From Candidatus Hodarchaeota archaeon (lineage in GTDB: Archaea > Asgardarchaeota > Heimdallarchaeia > Hodarchaeales > Hodarchaeaceae): 64,000 nt of DNA. The stretch lies in contig JAEOTM010000204.1 in assembly GCA_016839815.1 (NCBI GenBank), forward strand, positions 1-64,000. Direction: 5' to 3'. Positions 30,725-40,446 of the stretch are shown here, piece by piece (the stretch's first letter is position 1; every line of letters starts with the position of its first letter). The position numbers and the translations under genes are program-made. The notes under the pieces were generated by a model. That model was not told the DNA's origin. It did not search any database and was given only the letters and a program-made list of their open reading frames with translations.

Positions 30725-31360
30725 ATGTTGTATTATGTGTTAACTTGTGATATCGTACATTCAAAAGAGATCACTAATCGACTTGCGGTTCAAGAAGAAT
30801 TAAAAGCAGTAATTAATCAAATTAATGTTGATTATTCAGAAAAACTACTTTCTCCCCTAATCATAGTATGGGGAGATTCATTTCAAGGGGTACTAAAAGA
30901 GTTGAAATATTTTAACCAAGTTTTTGAGCGTTTAGAAGATGACCTTTCATTTAAATTTCGTTGTGGTTTAGGAATAGGAACGATTAGCACTAAATTCTCT
31001 AAGATATCAATGGAAATGGATGGTCCAGCTTTTCACAGATCACGAGCGGCTTTGAAGATTGCAAGTGAAAATCGTCGTACAGTTTGGATACAATCAGAAA
31101 ACAAATCATTTGACCAATTGACAAATTCCTTATTAACTCTTTTAACTATCTTAAAATCAGGATTGACAGAAAGGCAAAAACAGGTAATTGCACTTCGAAA
31201 ACAAGGTTTAACATATGAAAAGATAGGAAAAACAGTTAAAACAGATAATAAACTGAAAATTACTAAACAAGCTGTTTCAAATATCCTTTCTAGTGCCCAT
31301 TGGGAGGAAATCTCATTAGCAATAGAAACATTAAATAATTTAACCTATTTAGAGAGTTGA
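30725..31360 (+). CDS. SatD-family protein (cyclase-like domain + HTH)
   Basis: 'LTCDIVHSK', 'WGDSFQG', 'MDGPAFHRSR', 'LTERQ...TKQAVS'; ATG 30725 preferred over TTG 30671, which lies inside a palindrome. Confidence 0.88.
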   Translation: MLYYVLTCDIVHSKEITNRLAVQEELKAVINQINVDYSEKLLSPLIIVWGDSFQGVLKELKYFNQVFERLEDDLSFKFRCGLGIGTISTKFSKISMEMDGPAFHRSRAALKIASENRRTVWIQSENKSFDQLTNSLLTLLTILKSGLTERQKQVIALRKQGLTYEKIGKTVKTDNKLKITKQAVSNILSSAHWEEISLAIETLNNLTYLES

Positions 31361-31377
31361 TCCTAGGAGGCTATTAA

Positions 31378-31794
31378 TTGTTTCAATGGGATTTATTTGT
31401 AATTCTTGTATTGCTTTACTTATGCGCTTACATTTGGGCAATTTTTGGGGGGGCAGTATTTGTAGGTCGTCTCTTATCACCCTATAAAGATAAAGATTCA
31501 ACCAAAAAACCAATGGGTCTTTCAGGAGCAGGAAGAAAGATTGGGCAAATCGAAAGAGCAATTATTCTAACATTGGCATTGATGGGAGAATTTGGTACAA
31601 TTTCTTTTGTATTCGTTGCTAAATCAATGGCTAGATTTGAACAATTAAAAGAGCGTGAATTTGCTGAATATTATTTGTTGGGAACATTATTGAGCATTTT
31701 CTTCGCACTATTCACCGCAATTTTAATCCAAGGTATAATCACATTGATTACAGTTACTCTAATTCCAGAATTACAAACTCTATGGGGATCATAG
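31378..31794 (+). CDS. DUF3307/SatE-like membrane protein
   Basis: 'GAGRKIGQIERAI', 'AKSMARF', 'AEYYLLGTLLS'; usual partner of SatD. Confidence 0.85.
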   Translation: MFQWDLFVILVLLYLCAYIWAIFGGAVFVGRLLSPYKDKDSTKKPMGLSGAGRKIGQIERAIILTLALMGEFGTISFVFVAKSMARFEQLKEREFAEYYLLGTLLSIFFALFTAILIQGIITLITVTLIPELQTLWGS

Positions 31795-31932
31795 GAATAG
31801 TTATCAGCTTTGCGAAATTTAATAGTGCAATAAATCGAAGAAAGTTTCTCCTACAAACTTAAATATTGCTAGAAATATACAACTCATTTGATTATTCACA
31901 TAAAAATTCAAGGTCATTTGAGGAAATAAAAA

Positions 31933-33057
31933 ATGACATTAAGATCACTAAAAGAATTTGGACTAGAATTTATTAACGAAATGGCTAAAGACCGAAAGGT
32001 TTCTCAACAAGAGATTGGCGTAGTGGTCTCAGGTACGAAAAGTACACTACTCTCTCAGGGACTTCCGCACTTCAGTTATCAAGATATTGACAAATTAGTC
32101 AAGACTATTCGTAAAGAGACAGCTCGTATTGTGGATAGTGAATTAACGCGGATAACCATCAAATCATTGGGTCGATTCAAGGAGGGATTATCTGAAGGTG
32201 GTTTTATTGTCCAAGATGAATTATCACCTGAACAGAAAGAAGAATTAGAGAATCTGCGAGAATCAAATCAAGAATTTAAGATTCTAATCAAAGAAAAAAA
32301 TTCTGAGCTAAAGCAACTAGAAGACGAAAGGACTGGAATCCTTTCTCAGCTTGCTGAAAAAACGGATAAAATGACCACATTAGACGCTGATGTCAAGCGT
32401 GTTCGATCGCAGCTCGAAAATCAACAAAAAGAGCTTGAAGTTCATCAAACTCAATCTAAGGAATTGATCACTGAACTTGAAATGAAAGAAGCCTTAATCA
32501 ACAAATTGAAAGAAAACGAGCTGATTCATGAGAAGGATATCCAAGAAGCATTAGCTTCCGTAGCGGAAACTTACCAAATTCAAGAAAACTATTATCAGCG
32601 GATGCTTGAAGAAGGAATTCAGTCTCGGACAAAGGAAATCCGTCAAGAAATGAAGATTGATCTGGAAGAAATGAAAACAAAATTAGACACACAAAGTCAT
32701 CGATTAGAGGAAACCACACGACAACATAGAATTACTGTAGATCGATTGGAAGAAGCTCTGACTCTTGCTGAAGAAGAACTTTCAGATGCTAAATCCGAAT
32801 TGAAAAAAGCAATTACTGAACGTCTTGAGAAGAATGTACTGCTTGATTATACACAACGATTACTATCCACTCACCCGTTATACGCTTCAATCCTCATTTT
32901 ATTGAATTTAGGAGGTGTCCTCGATCTTCCGACATTAGCCATGTCTGTAGGGGCACATCCACTTAAATTGAGACAGATGCTTGAAGACCTCGTAAGTAAG
33001 GGTTTAATTACCATATCTTCAGACGATCCTCCAACAATCGCTGCGGTAATGGTTTGA
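31933..33057 (+). CDS. long coiled-coil protein with C-terminal winged helix
   Basis: About 210 aa of heptad-rich sequence followed by 'LDLPTLAMSVGAHPLKLRQMLEDLVSKGLITI'. Confidence 0.75.
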   Translation: MTLRSLKEFGLEFINEMAKDRKVSQQEIGVVVSGTKSTLLSQGLPHFSYQDIDKLVKTIRKETARIVDSELTRITIKSLGRFKEGLSEGGFIVQDELSPEQKEELENLRESNQEFKILIKEKNSELKQLEDERTGILSQLAEKTDKMTTLDADVKRVRSQLENQQKELEVHQTQSKELITELEMKEALINKLKENELIHEKDIQEALASVAETYQIQENYYQRMLEEGIQSRTKEIRQEMKIDLEEMKTKLDTQSHRLEETTRQHRITVDRLEEALTLAEEELSDAKSELKKAITERLEKNVLLDYTQRLLSTHPLYASILILLNLGGVLDLPTLAMSVGAHPLKLRQMLEDLVSKGLITISSDDPPTIAAVMV

Positions 33058-33076
33058 GAATTCAGAAATTATTGAA

Positions 33077-35212
33077 TTAGTCGAAAGTAGGTTGATAATA
33101 GTTTTCAGCATAACTTTCTCTAAGACGGATCTGAACAGGCTTATTTTTGAGCATTTCAAAGATAGAAGAACTTGAGGAATTTAGCTCGAATTGGTCAGTT
33201 TTTATTAGTGTCACATTCTTATTAACTGATATCAAACACCGTCGTTCATCAGGTTTTGCTTTTAATAGGGAACTCATTTGATCATAAGTCTCTTTTGTAA
33301 CTCCTAATAAATTCGCAATTTTATATGGATCAAATTTCGAATAAAACATTGTAAGAACACCCGCATTCGTCAGCATGGGCAGATCTATTATTGGGTCTGT
33401 TCCTATAAAAACCATTGACACATCATATGCTCGTAATGTCCATGGTCCTCGACCAATTATTGATTTAGGGGTTGAATGCTTAAAGGGTGTTTGTGGTAAA
33501 AGCTTGTTAATTTCGTCCAGGATAATTACATTCTGAGGTAGTTTTTCCTCCTTGAAAGGAGGCCGAAATTTTCGAATGTAATAGTAAAGATACTGGAATA
33601 TTACTTCCAGGAGTAATTGACGGCCTCTAATATCCTCCATTGCTTCAAATGATGATAAATCCAAGATGATATTATGAGAAAGAAATTGAGAAATATCAAA
33701 AGTACTAGAAGTTACGGTAAAGCATCTTCCTGTATTCCCAAATAATAATTTTGTAATACGATTGATAGTGCCCGCAGAGGTGTTTTCTAAATATGCACCT
33801 TTAAGACCAAGGGCATTAGGTTTATTTAACCATTGCAGAAATAGTTTGAAGTCACCTTTTTCTTTGATAGTCTGAATTGTTGCTAATTGGATTAACCGTC
33901 TCATCTGAGGAGATAAAGAATCAGTATCATCAACTATATTCTCAAGTAATGAAACCACAAATTGAATATGATCTTCTGGGGATATTAATGGTTCACCCCG
34001 GGGATCTAATGGAATGTCAAAGATATTGATTCCCCAAGGAAACGAATTAGATCCAAGTTTAATATAGATAAAATCCTGACAAAATGTATGTACGGGGTAT
34101 ATATATTCACCTTTAGGATCGATAATTAGGAATTTCACTTGATTTTGATGAAATTCTTGAATTAAATTGAAGATAAATCTACTTTTCCCTTCTCCTGTCA
34201 TCCCGAATACCCCCATGTGTCGTGATAAATCTTTCCCTGAAAGAATCATAGGAGAAGATGATGTTTTTCCACTCATAATTGGTATACCAATTTTAATAGT
34301 TTCATCTGTATCAAGATGAGATGCTGGAGAAGATACTCTGTATTTTTCCTTATGAGGAACGATTTGATAGCCAAAAAGCGAGTACTGATTGGTAGGAAAT
34401 GATAGAAATCTCATGAGTGTAAAACCATCTGTGAGAAGAGATGGTTGAATTGAACGGTTTCTAACATGTGCTTTAAATCGATTGAAAGATCGTAAAAAAG
34501 CAGGATATTTTCGTGTCTTGATTCCATGGGCCTTTAAAAAGACAGCGACTCGTTCCAACTTAGTCTTAAGCTGCTCCTCTGTACGTTCGACTGCTAAAAA
34601 TCGAATCGCTAGATTAAAACAGCCAGATTCTTCCATAAGATTCATACTATAAGGTTGAAAGCGATGTTCAACTTTTCCTTCGTGAATATTAAATCTGACT
34701 TGGTTTCTATTGTTATTCTCTTCTTGGGAACGGAATTCGTTAGGAATTTTTTCAGAGATGAAATTAATCTGAAAAAGGGCAAAAGTGGGATCTTCAGTAA
34801 TGATTTCAAGTAATCCATTCATAAAATTTACGTGTGTTGTAGAGGGGATGGAATCTAACTCCAGACCGAGTAAACCTCCACTGTGAAGACACGGTTCTTC
34901 AGGATCGAGAAAAAATTTTGATTCAATCATACTCAAAAGCTTGGGTATCGGATCTCTACTTGGTTCCAAAAAATCTGAATGGAGTCCAAGAGAAGTTACA
35001 AATTGTTGAAGTGTCGCTATTGCAGATTGGGTATTCTCTTTGAAAAAACGTCTCTTAGGTTTAACATGCATGCATATGTGAACCGTTTTGGGTTCAAATA
35101 TTGCATATTCTAAAGTAAAAGTATGATGTACGTTTCTTAGAATATTAATGCAAGAATGATCAGTTTTTTCAGGTACGAATTCGAAATGAAATGAGGTAGG
35201 CCTAGCTTGCAA
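33077..35212 (-). CDS. HerA/FtsK/VirB4-superfamily ATPase (DUF87)
   Basis: 'RHMGVFGMTGEGKS', 'IIDPKGEY', Walker B 'IILDEIN'. Confidence 0.88.
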   Translation of the reverse strand: MQARPTSFHFEFVPEKTDHSCINILRNVHHTFTLEYAIFEPKTVHICMHVKPKRRFFKENTQSAIATLQQFVTSLGLHSDFLEPSRDPIPKLLSMIESKFFLDPEEPCLHSGGLLGLELDSIPSTTHVNFMNGLLEIITEDPTFALFQINFISEKIPNEFRSQEENNNRNQVRFNIHEGKVEHRFQPYSMNLMEESGCFNLAIRFLAVERTEEQLKTKLERVAVFLKAHGIKTRKYPAFLRSFNRFKAHVRNRSIQPSLLTDGFTLMRFLSFPTNQYSLFGYQIVPHKEKYRVSSPASHLDTDETIKIGIPIMSGKTSSSPMILSGKDLSRHMGVFGMTGEGKSRFIFNLIQEFHQNQVKFLIIDPKGEYIYPVHTFCQDFIYIKLGSNSFPWGINIFDIPLDPRGEPLISPEDHIQFVVSLLENIVDDTDSLSPQMRRLIQLATIQTIKEKGDFKLFLQWLNKPNALGLKGAYLENTSAGTINRITKLLFGNTGRCFTVTSSTFDISQFLSHNIILDLSSFEAMEDIRGRQLLLEVIFQYLYYYIRKFRPPFKEEKLPQNVIILDEINKLLPQTPFKHSTPKSIIGRGPWTLRAYDVSMVFIGTDPIIDLPMLTNAGVLTMFYSKFDPYKIANLLGVTKETYDQMSSLLKAKPDERRCLISVNKNVTLIKTDQFELNSSSSSIFEMLKNKPVQIRLRESYAENYYQPTFD

Positions 35213-35244
35213 TGATTCCGACTCTTCTATGACGTACTCTCAGA

Positions 35245-35280
35245 TTATTTGTTCGAGGGTTCTGTTCTTGGTGGCATCAT
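35245..35280 (-). CDS. candidate 11-aa micro-ORF MMPPRTEPSNK
   Basis: Manual translation; TATA-like CTTATAA 22 nt upstream; same length and ends as the micro-ORF at 48452-48487. Confidence 0.35.
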   Translation of the reverse strand: MMPPRTEPSNK

Positions 35281-35401
35281 AGAATTGATTTTTGTACCTG
35301 AATTATAAGCTCCTAAGAATTTCTAACCTCCTAGGATAGTCCTAAGATAACAGTTTCATTAAGAAAGAATGACGTAAAAGGATGATTTGACGACGATGAG
35401 A

Positions 35402-35752
35402 TTATTCTTTTGTCCAATTGCGCTTTTTATTAATTTCTTCTTTTTCTCGAAATGCCTCTTCCAAATCGATACCATACCGATTAGCAATTGCGCATAGGAA
35501 AATAAAAACATCCACTAATTCGTAAGATATTTGAGATGTATTCGAATTCAGGTCAATATTTAATCCTTCTTTCTTACGTACAGCTTTAAATAATTCTCCT
35601 ACCTCTTCTCCGAGTAGTAAGCATTTGTCAATGACTGATTGATCTTTAAAGTCTCTCTCCTGTTCTAGTTCAGCCACATACTTTTGATAATCAATCAAAG
35701 GTGGATTTACTTTAAGAAACGGCATTAGATATTCTCTTTCCTTCCAGGCCAT
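35402..35752 (-). CDS. MazG-like (RS21-C6 type) nucleotide pyrophosphohydrolase
   Basis: 'LGEEVGELFKAVRK', 'ELVDVFIFL', 'KEEINKKRNW'. Confidence 0.9.
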   Translation of the reverse strand: MAWKEREYLMPFLKVNPPLIDYQKYVAELEQERDFKDQSVIDKCLLLGEEVGELFKAVRKKEGLNIDLNSNTSQISYELVDVFIFLCAIANRYGIDLEEAFREKEEINKKRNWTKE

Positions 35753-35777
35753 TTTCTTATACGATAATATTCAAACT

Positions 35778-36299
35778 TTATTGCCTCAGTATCATATCAG
35801 AATAAGAAATATCAATCAAGTCTTCTGCAGGGATTTGGAATAACTGTTGATAATAATCACATTGTTCCTGTAATTTTGCAGTACCAATTGATCCATCACT
35901 ATCAATTGCTTCTACTTCGACGAAATTTCCAAGATTCTTCACAGTATCAATATGAAATTTGACATTATCAATAAAAAAGATTTCACGCTCTTTATCGACA
36001 ATTGTTAACACACCTAAGGTTTTTATCAAGATTTCTTTTAATGAAGAAGTGTTATCTGCTTCAGGATGATGAAGAATTACTGTCGATTGCTTAGCATTTG
36101 CCACATTAGGCCTTTCATAATGAATCAATGCATTTTCAATATTTCCTTCCCGAAGCTTTAAGCGTCCAGATTGCACTTTGAAGTAGGTGTCAATTTGGTG
36201 ATCTTTTCCCTTAAAAAATGGATCTTTCGATAATAAGATCGACCGGATCTCCTTGGAATTCCTGCAATGAGCCTTAAACTCAATATTGATGTGTATCAT
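35778..36299 (-). CDS. CYTH-domain protein (class IV adenylate cyclase / triphosphatase family)
   Basis: 'NIEFKA', 'QIDTYF', 'RLKLRE', 'HIDTVKNLGNFVEVE', 'SYSD'. Confidence 0.92.
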   Translation of the reverse strand: MIHINIEFKAHCRNSKEIRSILLSKDPFFKGKDHQIDTYFKVQSGRLKLREGNIENALIHYERPNVANAKQSTVILHHPEADNTSSLKEILIKTLGVLTIVDKEREIFFIDNVKFHIDTVKNLGNFVEVEAIDSDGSIGTAKLQEQCDYYQQLFQIPAEDLIDISYSDMILRQ

Positions 36300-36983
36300 C
36301 TAGAGTAAATCCCTAATTATCCCTAAAACTTTTTGTATGGATTCTTCGGATTCTTCTGTGTTATTAAAAGGAAGGCGGATTACTTTCATTCCGCGACTCC
36401 ATGCTGGATAGGCCGATTCGATTTCGGATAACAACTCCAAATAGCCCTGTTCTAATTCTTGAAGATAAGCCAGAGGAATAAGATCTCCACGTTCAGCTTT
36501 CCGATCTCTATTCTTAATTCGGTGTTGGGCAATTTCTGGAGATACTTCCATAAAAATAATAACACTGGGAGGGATGAGTGAATTGGTCATAACTGAATAC
36601 GCTCGTTCGTAAATAGCCCATTCAATTTTATCCATTTTTCCTGCGTTATACAACATCTTAGCAAAAACACGATCACCTGGAAGTCCTCTATCAATAACTA
36701 CTCCCTTTCCTGTAATAGATTCAAAAGAACCCAGTTTTTGTAATGCATACCGGCGATGGAGAAGATCTATCTGCATGGCAAACGCCCAGCGGTCCTGATC
36801 TTTGTAAAACATTTCTAGTAATTCTAAATTTACAGGTTCATATATAGCACGAAAATCTAGTTTTCTGGAAATAGCTTTGGTCAATGTAGTCTTACCACAC
36901 CCAATTATCCCTTCAATCCAGATAACTGGTTTAGGGGTTGCTTCAAAAAGCTTATCTAGTTGAGTTTCCATTGCATACGACAT
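36300..36983 (-). CDS. deoxynucleoside kinase
   Basis: 'IEGIIGCGKTT', 'FYKDQDRWAFAMQ', 'DR', 'RIKNRDRKAE'. Confidence 0.92.
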   Translation of the reverse strand: MSYAMETQLDKLFEATPKPVIWIEGIIGCGKTTLTKAISRKLDFRAIYEPVNLELLEMFYKDQDRWAFAMQIDLLHRRYALQKLGSFESITGKGVVIDRGLPGDRVFAKMLYNAGKMDKIEWAIYERAYSVMTNSLIPPSVIIFMEVSPEIAQHRIKNRDRKAERGDLIPLAYLQELEQGYLELLSEIESAYPAWSRGMKVIRLPFNNTEESEESIQKVLGIIRDLL

Positions 36984-37320
36984 CCATAGAAGAAATAATT
37001 CTTATTTCTATTTCTTAAATCGGTTTCAATTAAGCTTACAATATTACGTATGATAAAGGAACACCAAAATCTAACTTTTATGTTTCTCAAATGTGATTGA
37101 TTTTGATGTGAGTCGGAATAAATACTATTTTACTCTCAGGATTAAAAATCCATTCGTCTACTCGGGAAGTAGTACCCAATTGATACATTTTGAGACGTTC
37201 AATTGATTACTTCTTAGAATAAAGCGAATAAAACTTTCTAGACTAAAATAAATAAAATTCTATTGAAAGAAGTATCAACCAAAGGATGGAGAGTAACCTA
37301 AATTTACCCATGTACATCTG

Positions 37321-37385
37321 TGTTCTAAAGTTAGTACAGGTTTATAGGGTGTTAGAACACCTCAGAGCGATAGAAAGGTTTAAAT
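37321..37385 (+). promoter_or_regulatory. palindromic operator + half-site + BRE/TATA of the SBP-wHTH operon
   Basis: TGTTCTAA-AG-TTAGTACA (37321-37338), TTAGAACA (37352-37359), TAGAAAGGTTTAAA (37371-37384). Confidence 0.7.
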
Positions 37386-37405
37386 CCAGTGTTTGTAAGG
37401 AAAAA

Positions 37406-39631
37406 ATGATATATCTACAACGATTAACAGTGGAATCAAAGGATAAATATGAAATGATAAAACGAAATGTCTTTTTATTGCTTCTAATAAACTTATTTCT
37501 ACTTTCATTTCTAAATTCATCTTATACTCCAATTTTGTTAACGCTACCTACTTCTTCAAATCAAAAAATTCAGGTTATTGATTATGGGGGAGATTCAAGT
37601 GAAAACCCACCTGAATCAATTACAATGATTAATCTTGTTATTGGAAGGAACAGGGTACCAATTTTCCACCCTATGCGTGATATTCACAACATTCTTTCAC
37701 TCCCATTTGATACGCTTGTAGAAGTAAATCCGACGACCGGGGAAGTACATCCGTCTTTAGCAAGACAATGGTTTGTTACCAGTGACAGTATGCATTACAC
37801 ATTCTATCTTCATGAAAATATTTATTGTCATGATGGATCAATTCTAAATGCTAGTGCTGTAGAGAGAACTTTTAATGCAATCCTTAATGAAAACAATTCA
37901 AGATTTCATCGTGAAGGTGGGTTACAGGAATTCTATACTACACCTCTTGACTCTGTAGAAATACTGAGTGAATACTCAATTCGAATAAATTTCTTTGAAC
38001 CATTTTCACCTTTCATCATGTCAATTGCTTCAAGAATTAGAATAGAATCACTCCTGGGTCCTGCTAATACTAGTACAGTAGAAGAAGTAGATTATGATTG
38101 GCCCATGGGAAGCGGTCCTTATGTTTTTCAGGGCGTAACTGCTGAAGAGGAATTTTATAACTATTCTTTCACTCGTTTTGAGAATTATTTCCGAGGATTA
38201 CCTCCTTTTAAGAACCTTCAGTATCATTTATACTTTGATCGCGAGTCTGCTGTTGAAGCTATAATTGCAGAAAAGGGGGATACCGCCCCTTACTTATCAT
38301 CTGTAATGAATTCCTCAGAATTAAACGAAAATTATTGGCAATATTACCCACTTCCCAGAGGGTTAGATTATGCTCTTCTAAATCATAATCGTGTTGAATT
38401 ATCTAATGAGAAAGTACGTCTAGCCCTGAATTATGCAATTGATAAAGAAGAGCATCAGAAGTACTTTAGTACTGATAAATATAGGAAATTTTATTACACA
38501 CACGATTTTATTTTAGACAACTCCTTACCGAGTAATTTCTCACGGCCTTTATATCCATATGATCTTTCGTATGCAAACCAGTTGTTGGATGAAGCTGGAT
38601 ATCCTGAAGGAATGGATGGTTATCGATTCTCCTTGGAAATTACAGGTCTTCCATGGATGGAATCCCATATTTTATTCTTACGTCCCTATCTTGACGCAAT
38701 TGGTATAAATTGTACCTATAAACCCCTAACTCCAACAAATTGGTGGGAAGTATACTATGCTGGTACATACGATATTTATATTGCTGGATATTCTTTTGAG
38801 TGGGATTGGATCTATAGTGCCTATTTAATGTTCCATTCAGATGGAACCGAGAATACTTGTGGAATTTCCGACCCTGATTTAGATTATTATATTGCACTCG
38901 CCTATCGAACTCCCCTGGGGATAGGACAGGAAAGACAAAGTTATCTAAACAGAATAAAACAGATACTCATAAATTACGCACCCCATATTCTTCTGAATGA
39001 ATTCGATTATGGCTGTTTAAAGACAAAAGAAGTCTCATCTTACGTTTGGTTCGATCCTATTCCATACTGGGGAATTTACTTCAATTATACCAGTTTTACT
39101 GAGACATTTCAACCACTAGTTGAGAGAGCAATAATTGACAGAGAATCAGTTTTTTTTCCATCAACAGATGGATTAATAACCACCGAGGATACATTAACAG
39201 TTTCGATTGAGCTTAGTCACGAACTACAGACATTTCTGCATGAATCAACAGAAACAGGGAAATTCTACAAAATTCTCGTCTCAAATCAAACAAGTAAATA
39301 CAGGCTTCGTTGTTTCTATGACTCAGACGAACTTCAAGGATTCCTTCCCGATGAACTTCATCTAAATAAGTGGGATAGCAATAGTCAGGTATGGAAGAAT
39401 ACTCAAATGGTTGAAAGAAATATCCTGTTCCAATATATCGAGATAGAGTTACGTGGTGATTCGATAATCCGCTTGGGAGAGAAAATTGAGGAATTTCTGC
39501 ATGTGATTACCTACAGGTTTCTACCAGGAATAACTATAGCCGTAGGAGTTCTTGTAACAATTGCAGCAGTGAGTATTCTTGCTAATAGAAAATTCACAAG
39601 GTATTTTAAGGAGGAATATCGATTAAAATGA
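37406..39631 (+). CDS. family-5 (OppA/DppA-like) solute-binding protein with extra C-terminal domain and TM anchor
   Basis: 'PSLARQW...YTFYLHENIYCHDGS', 'PMGSGPY', 'KVRLALNYAID', 'ANQLLDEAGY'; start 37406 or 37454 (track start 37286 lies upstream of the promoter). Confidence 0.88.
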   Translation: MIYLQRLTVESKDKYEMIKRNVFLLLLINLFLLSFLNSSYTPILLTLPTSSNQKIQVIDYGGDSSENPPESITMINLVIGRNRVPIFHPMRDIHNILSLPFDTLVEVNPTTGEVHPSLARQWFVTSDSMHYTFYLHENIYCHDGSILNASAVERTFNAILNENNSRFHREGGLQEFYTTPLDSVEILSEYSIRINFFEPFSPFIMSIASRIRIESLLGPANTSTVEEVDYDWPMGSGPYVFQGVTAEEEFYNYSFTRFENYFRGLPPFKNLQYHLYFDRESAVEAIIAEKGDTAPYLSSVMNSSELNENYWQYYPLPRGLDYALLNHNRVELSNEKVRLALNYAIDKEEHQKYFSTDKYRKFYYTHDFILDNSLPSNFSRPLYPYDLSYANQLLDEAGYPEGMDGYRFSLEITGLPWMESHILFLRPYLDAIGINCTYKPLTPTNWWEVYYAGTYDIYIAGYSFEWDWIYSAYLMFHSDGTENTCGISDPDLDYYIALAYRTPLGIGQERQSYLNRIKQILINYAPHILLNEFDYGCLKTKEVSSYVWFDPIPYWGIYFNYTSFTETFQPLVERAIIDRESVFFPSTDGLITTEDTLTVSIELSHELQTFLHESTETGKFYKILVSNQTSKYRLRCFYDSDELQGFLPDELHLNKWDSNSQVWKNTQMVERNILFQYIEIELRGDSIIRLGEKIEEFLHVITYRFLPGITIAVGVLVTIAAVSILANRKFTRYFKEEYRLK

Positions 39632-40203
39632 ACTCTCCACTCCAAGAGAATGATAATTCGAATCCTCCAATATTCTCATTATCATCTCATTATGGATCTG
39701 CAACCTTCATTCAAAATATTCTAGACTCAGGATCACCAACCATGTCAAAAGAATCACAAAAAACGTTACATGAAGATTTATTAAAAGGAAAGACTCTTCA
39801 AGTGTACTGGTGCCTTCTTACACATGGTAAAACAGGGGTTCGGGAAATCCAGCGTCTCCTTGATTTTTCATCGCCTGGAATTGTATCTTATCAACTGAAT
39901 AAATTAATTGAAGCAGGAATTGTAGCTAAAGACGAAGTGGGTGAGAAATATTATATTACTGAGGAAGTAAGGACCGGTATCCTAGGCTTTTATATCCGAT
40001 TTGGTTATCGAATTATTCCCCGTTTCACGATTTACTTATGTTTATGTATTTTAGGTTTATCTCTGTTTTTTTTGCTTGCATTGGTCATGGGAGATGACTT
40101 TATACAGCATCCAGGTAGTATTTTATTTTTTATTTCAATGGTTCTTGGAATTTTAGTTTTTGTTTTGGAATCAAAGAGAATTAGAGATCTGAAAATGCAT
40201 TGA
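39628..40203 (+). CDS. membrane-anchored winged-helix transcription factor
   Basis: 'GKTLQVYW..GVREIQRLLDFSSPGIVSYQLNKLIEAGIV' wHTH followed by two TM helices; ATGA overlap with the SBP stop. Confidence 0.85.
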   Translation: MNSPLQENDNSNPPIFSLSSHYGSATFIQNILDSGSPTMSKESQKTLHEDLLKGKTLQVYWCLLTHGKTGVREIQRLLDFSSPGIVSYQLNKLIEAGIVAKDEVGEKYYITEEVRTGILGFYIRFGYRIIPRFTIYLCLCILGLSLFFLLALVMGDDFIQHPGSILFFISMVLGILVFVLESKRIRDLKMH

Positions 40204-40301
40204 AGAGGATATATTTCTATTTTTCAAATCTAAATGACTAAAGGTTCAGCTAAACGTATTGATGTGACATTTCTTTTAACCTTCAAATGGCCTTGTCAAG
40301 A

Positions 40302-40376
40302 TGTACTAACCATAGAACAGGTTAGTTCATTGTGTACCAACGTTAGAACGACAGAAAACCTAGAAACGTTTAAAAA
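40302..40376 (+). promoter_or_regulatory. two palindromic operators + BRE/TATA upstream of the secreted protein
   Basis: TGTACTAA-CC-ATAGAACA (40302-40319), TGTACCAA-CG-TTAGAACG (40333-40350), TAGAAACGTTTAAA (40361-40374). Confidence 0.72.
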
Positions 40377-40446
40377 TATCTTTATTTTCTTAATTAGAAC
40401 ATGTATAGGGGTTGAAATGATAAACTATACATATTGAGGACAAAAA

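Noticed and set aside
26418-36983. Possible island integrated at tRNA-Asn (accessory genes and HerA-like ATPase follow it)
   Set aside because: No integrase, no duplicated tRNA 3' end found by eye and no obvious composition shift
37286-37405. Track N-terminal extension of the solute-binding protein
   Set aside because: Overlaps the operator and TATA; the signal peptide begins further downstream
40234-40437. 67-aa ORF between the wHTH and secreted protein genes
   Set aside because: Coincides with the operator/promoter region; no protein-like features
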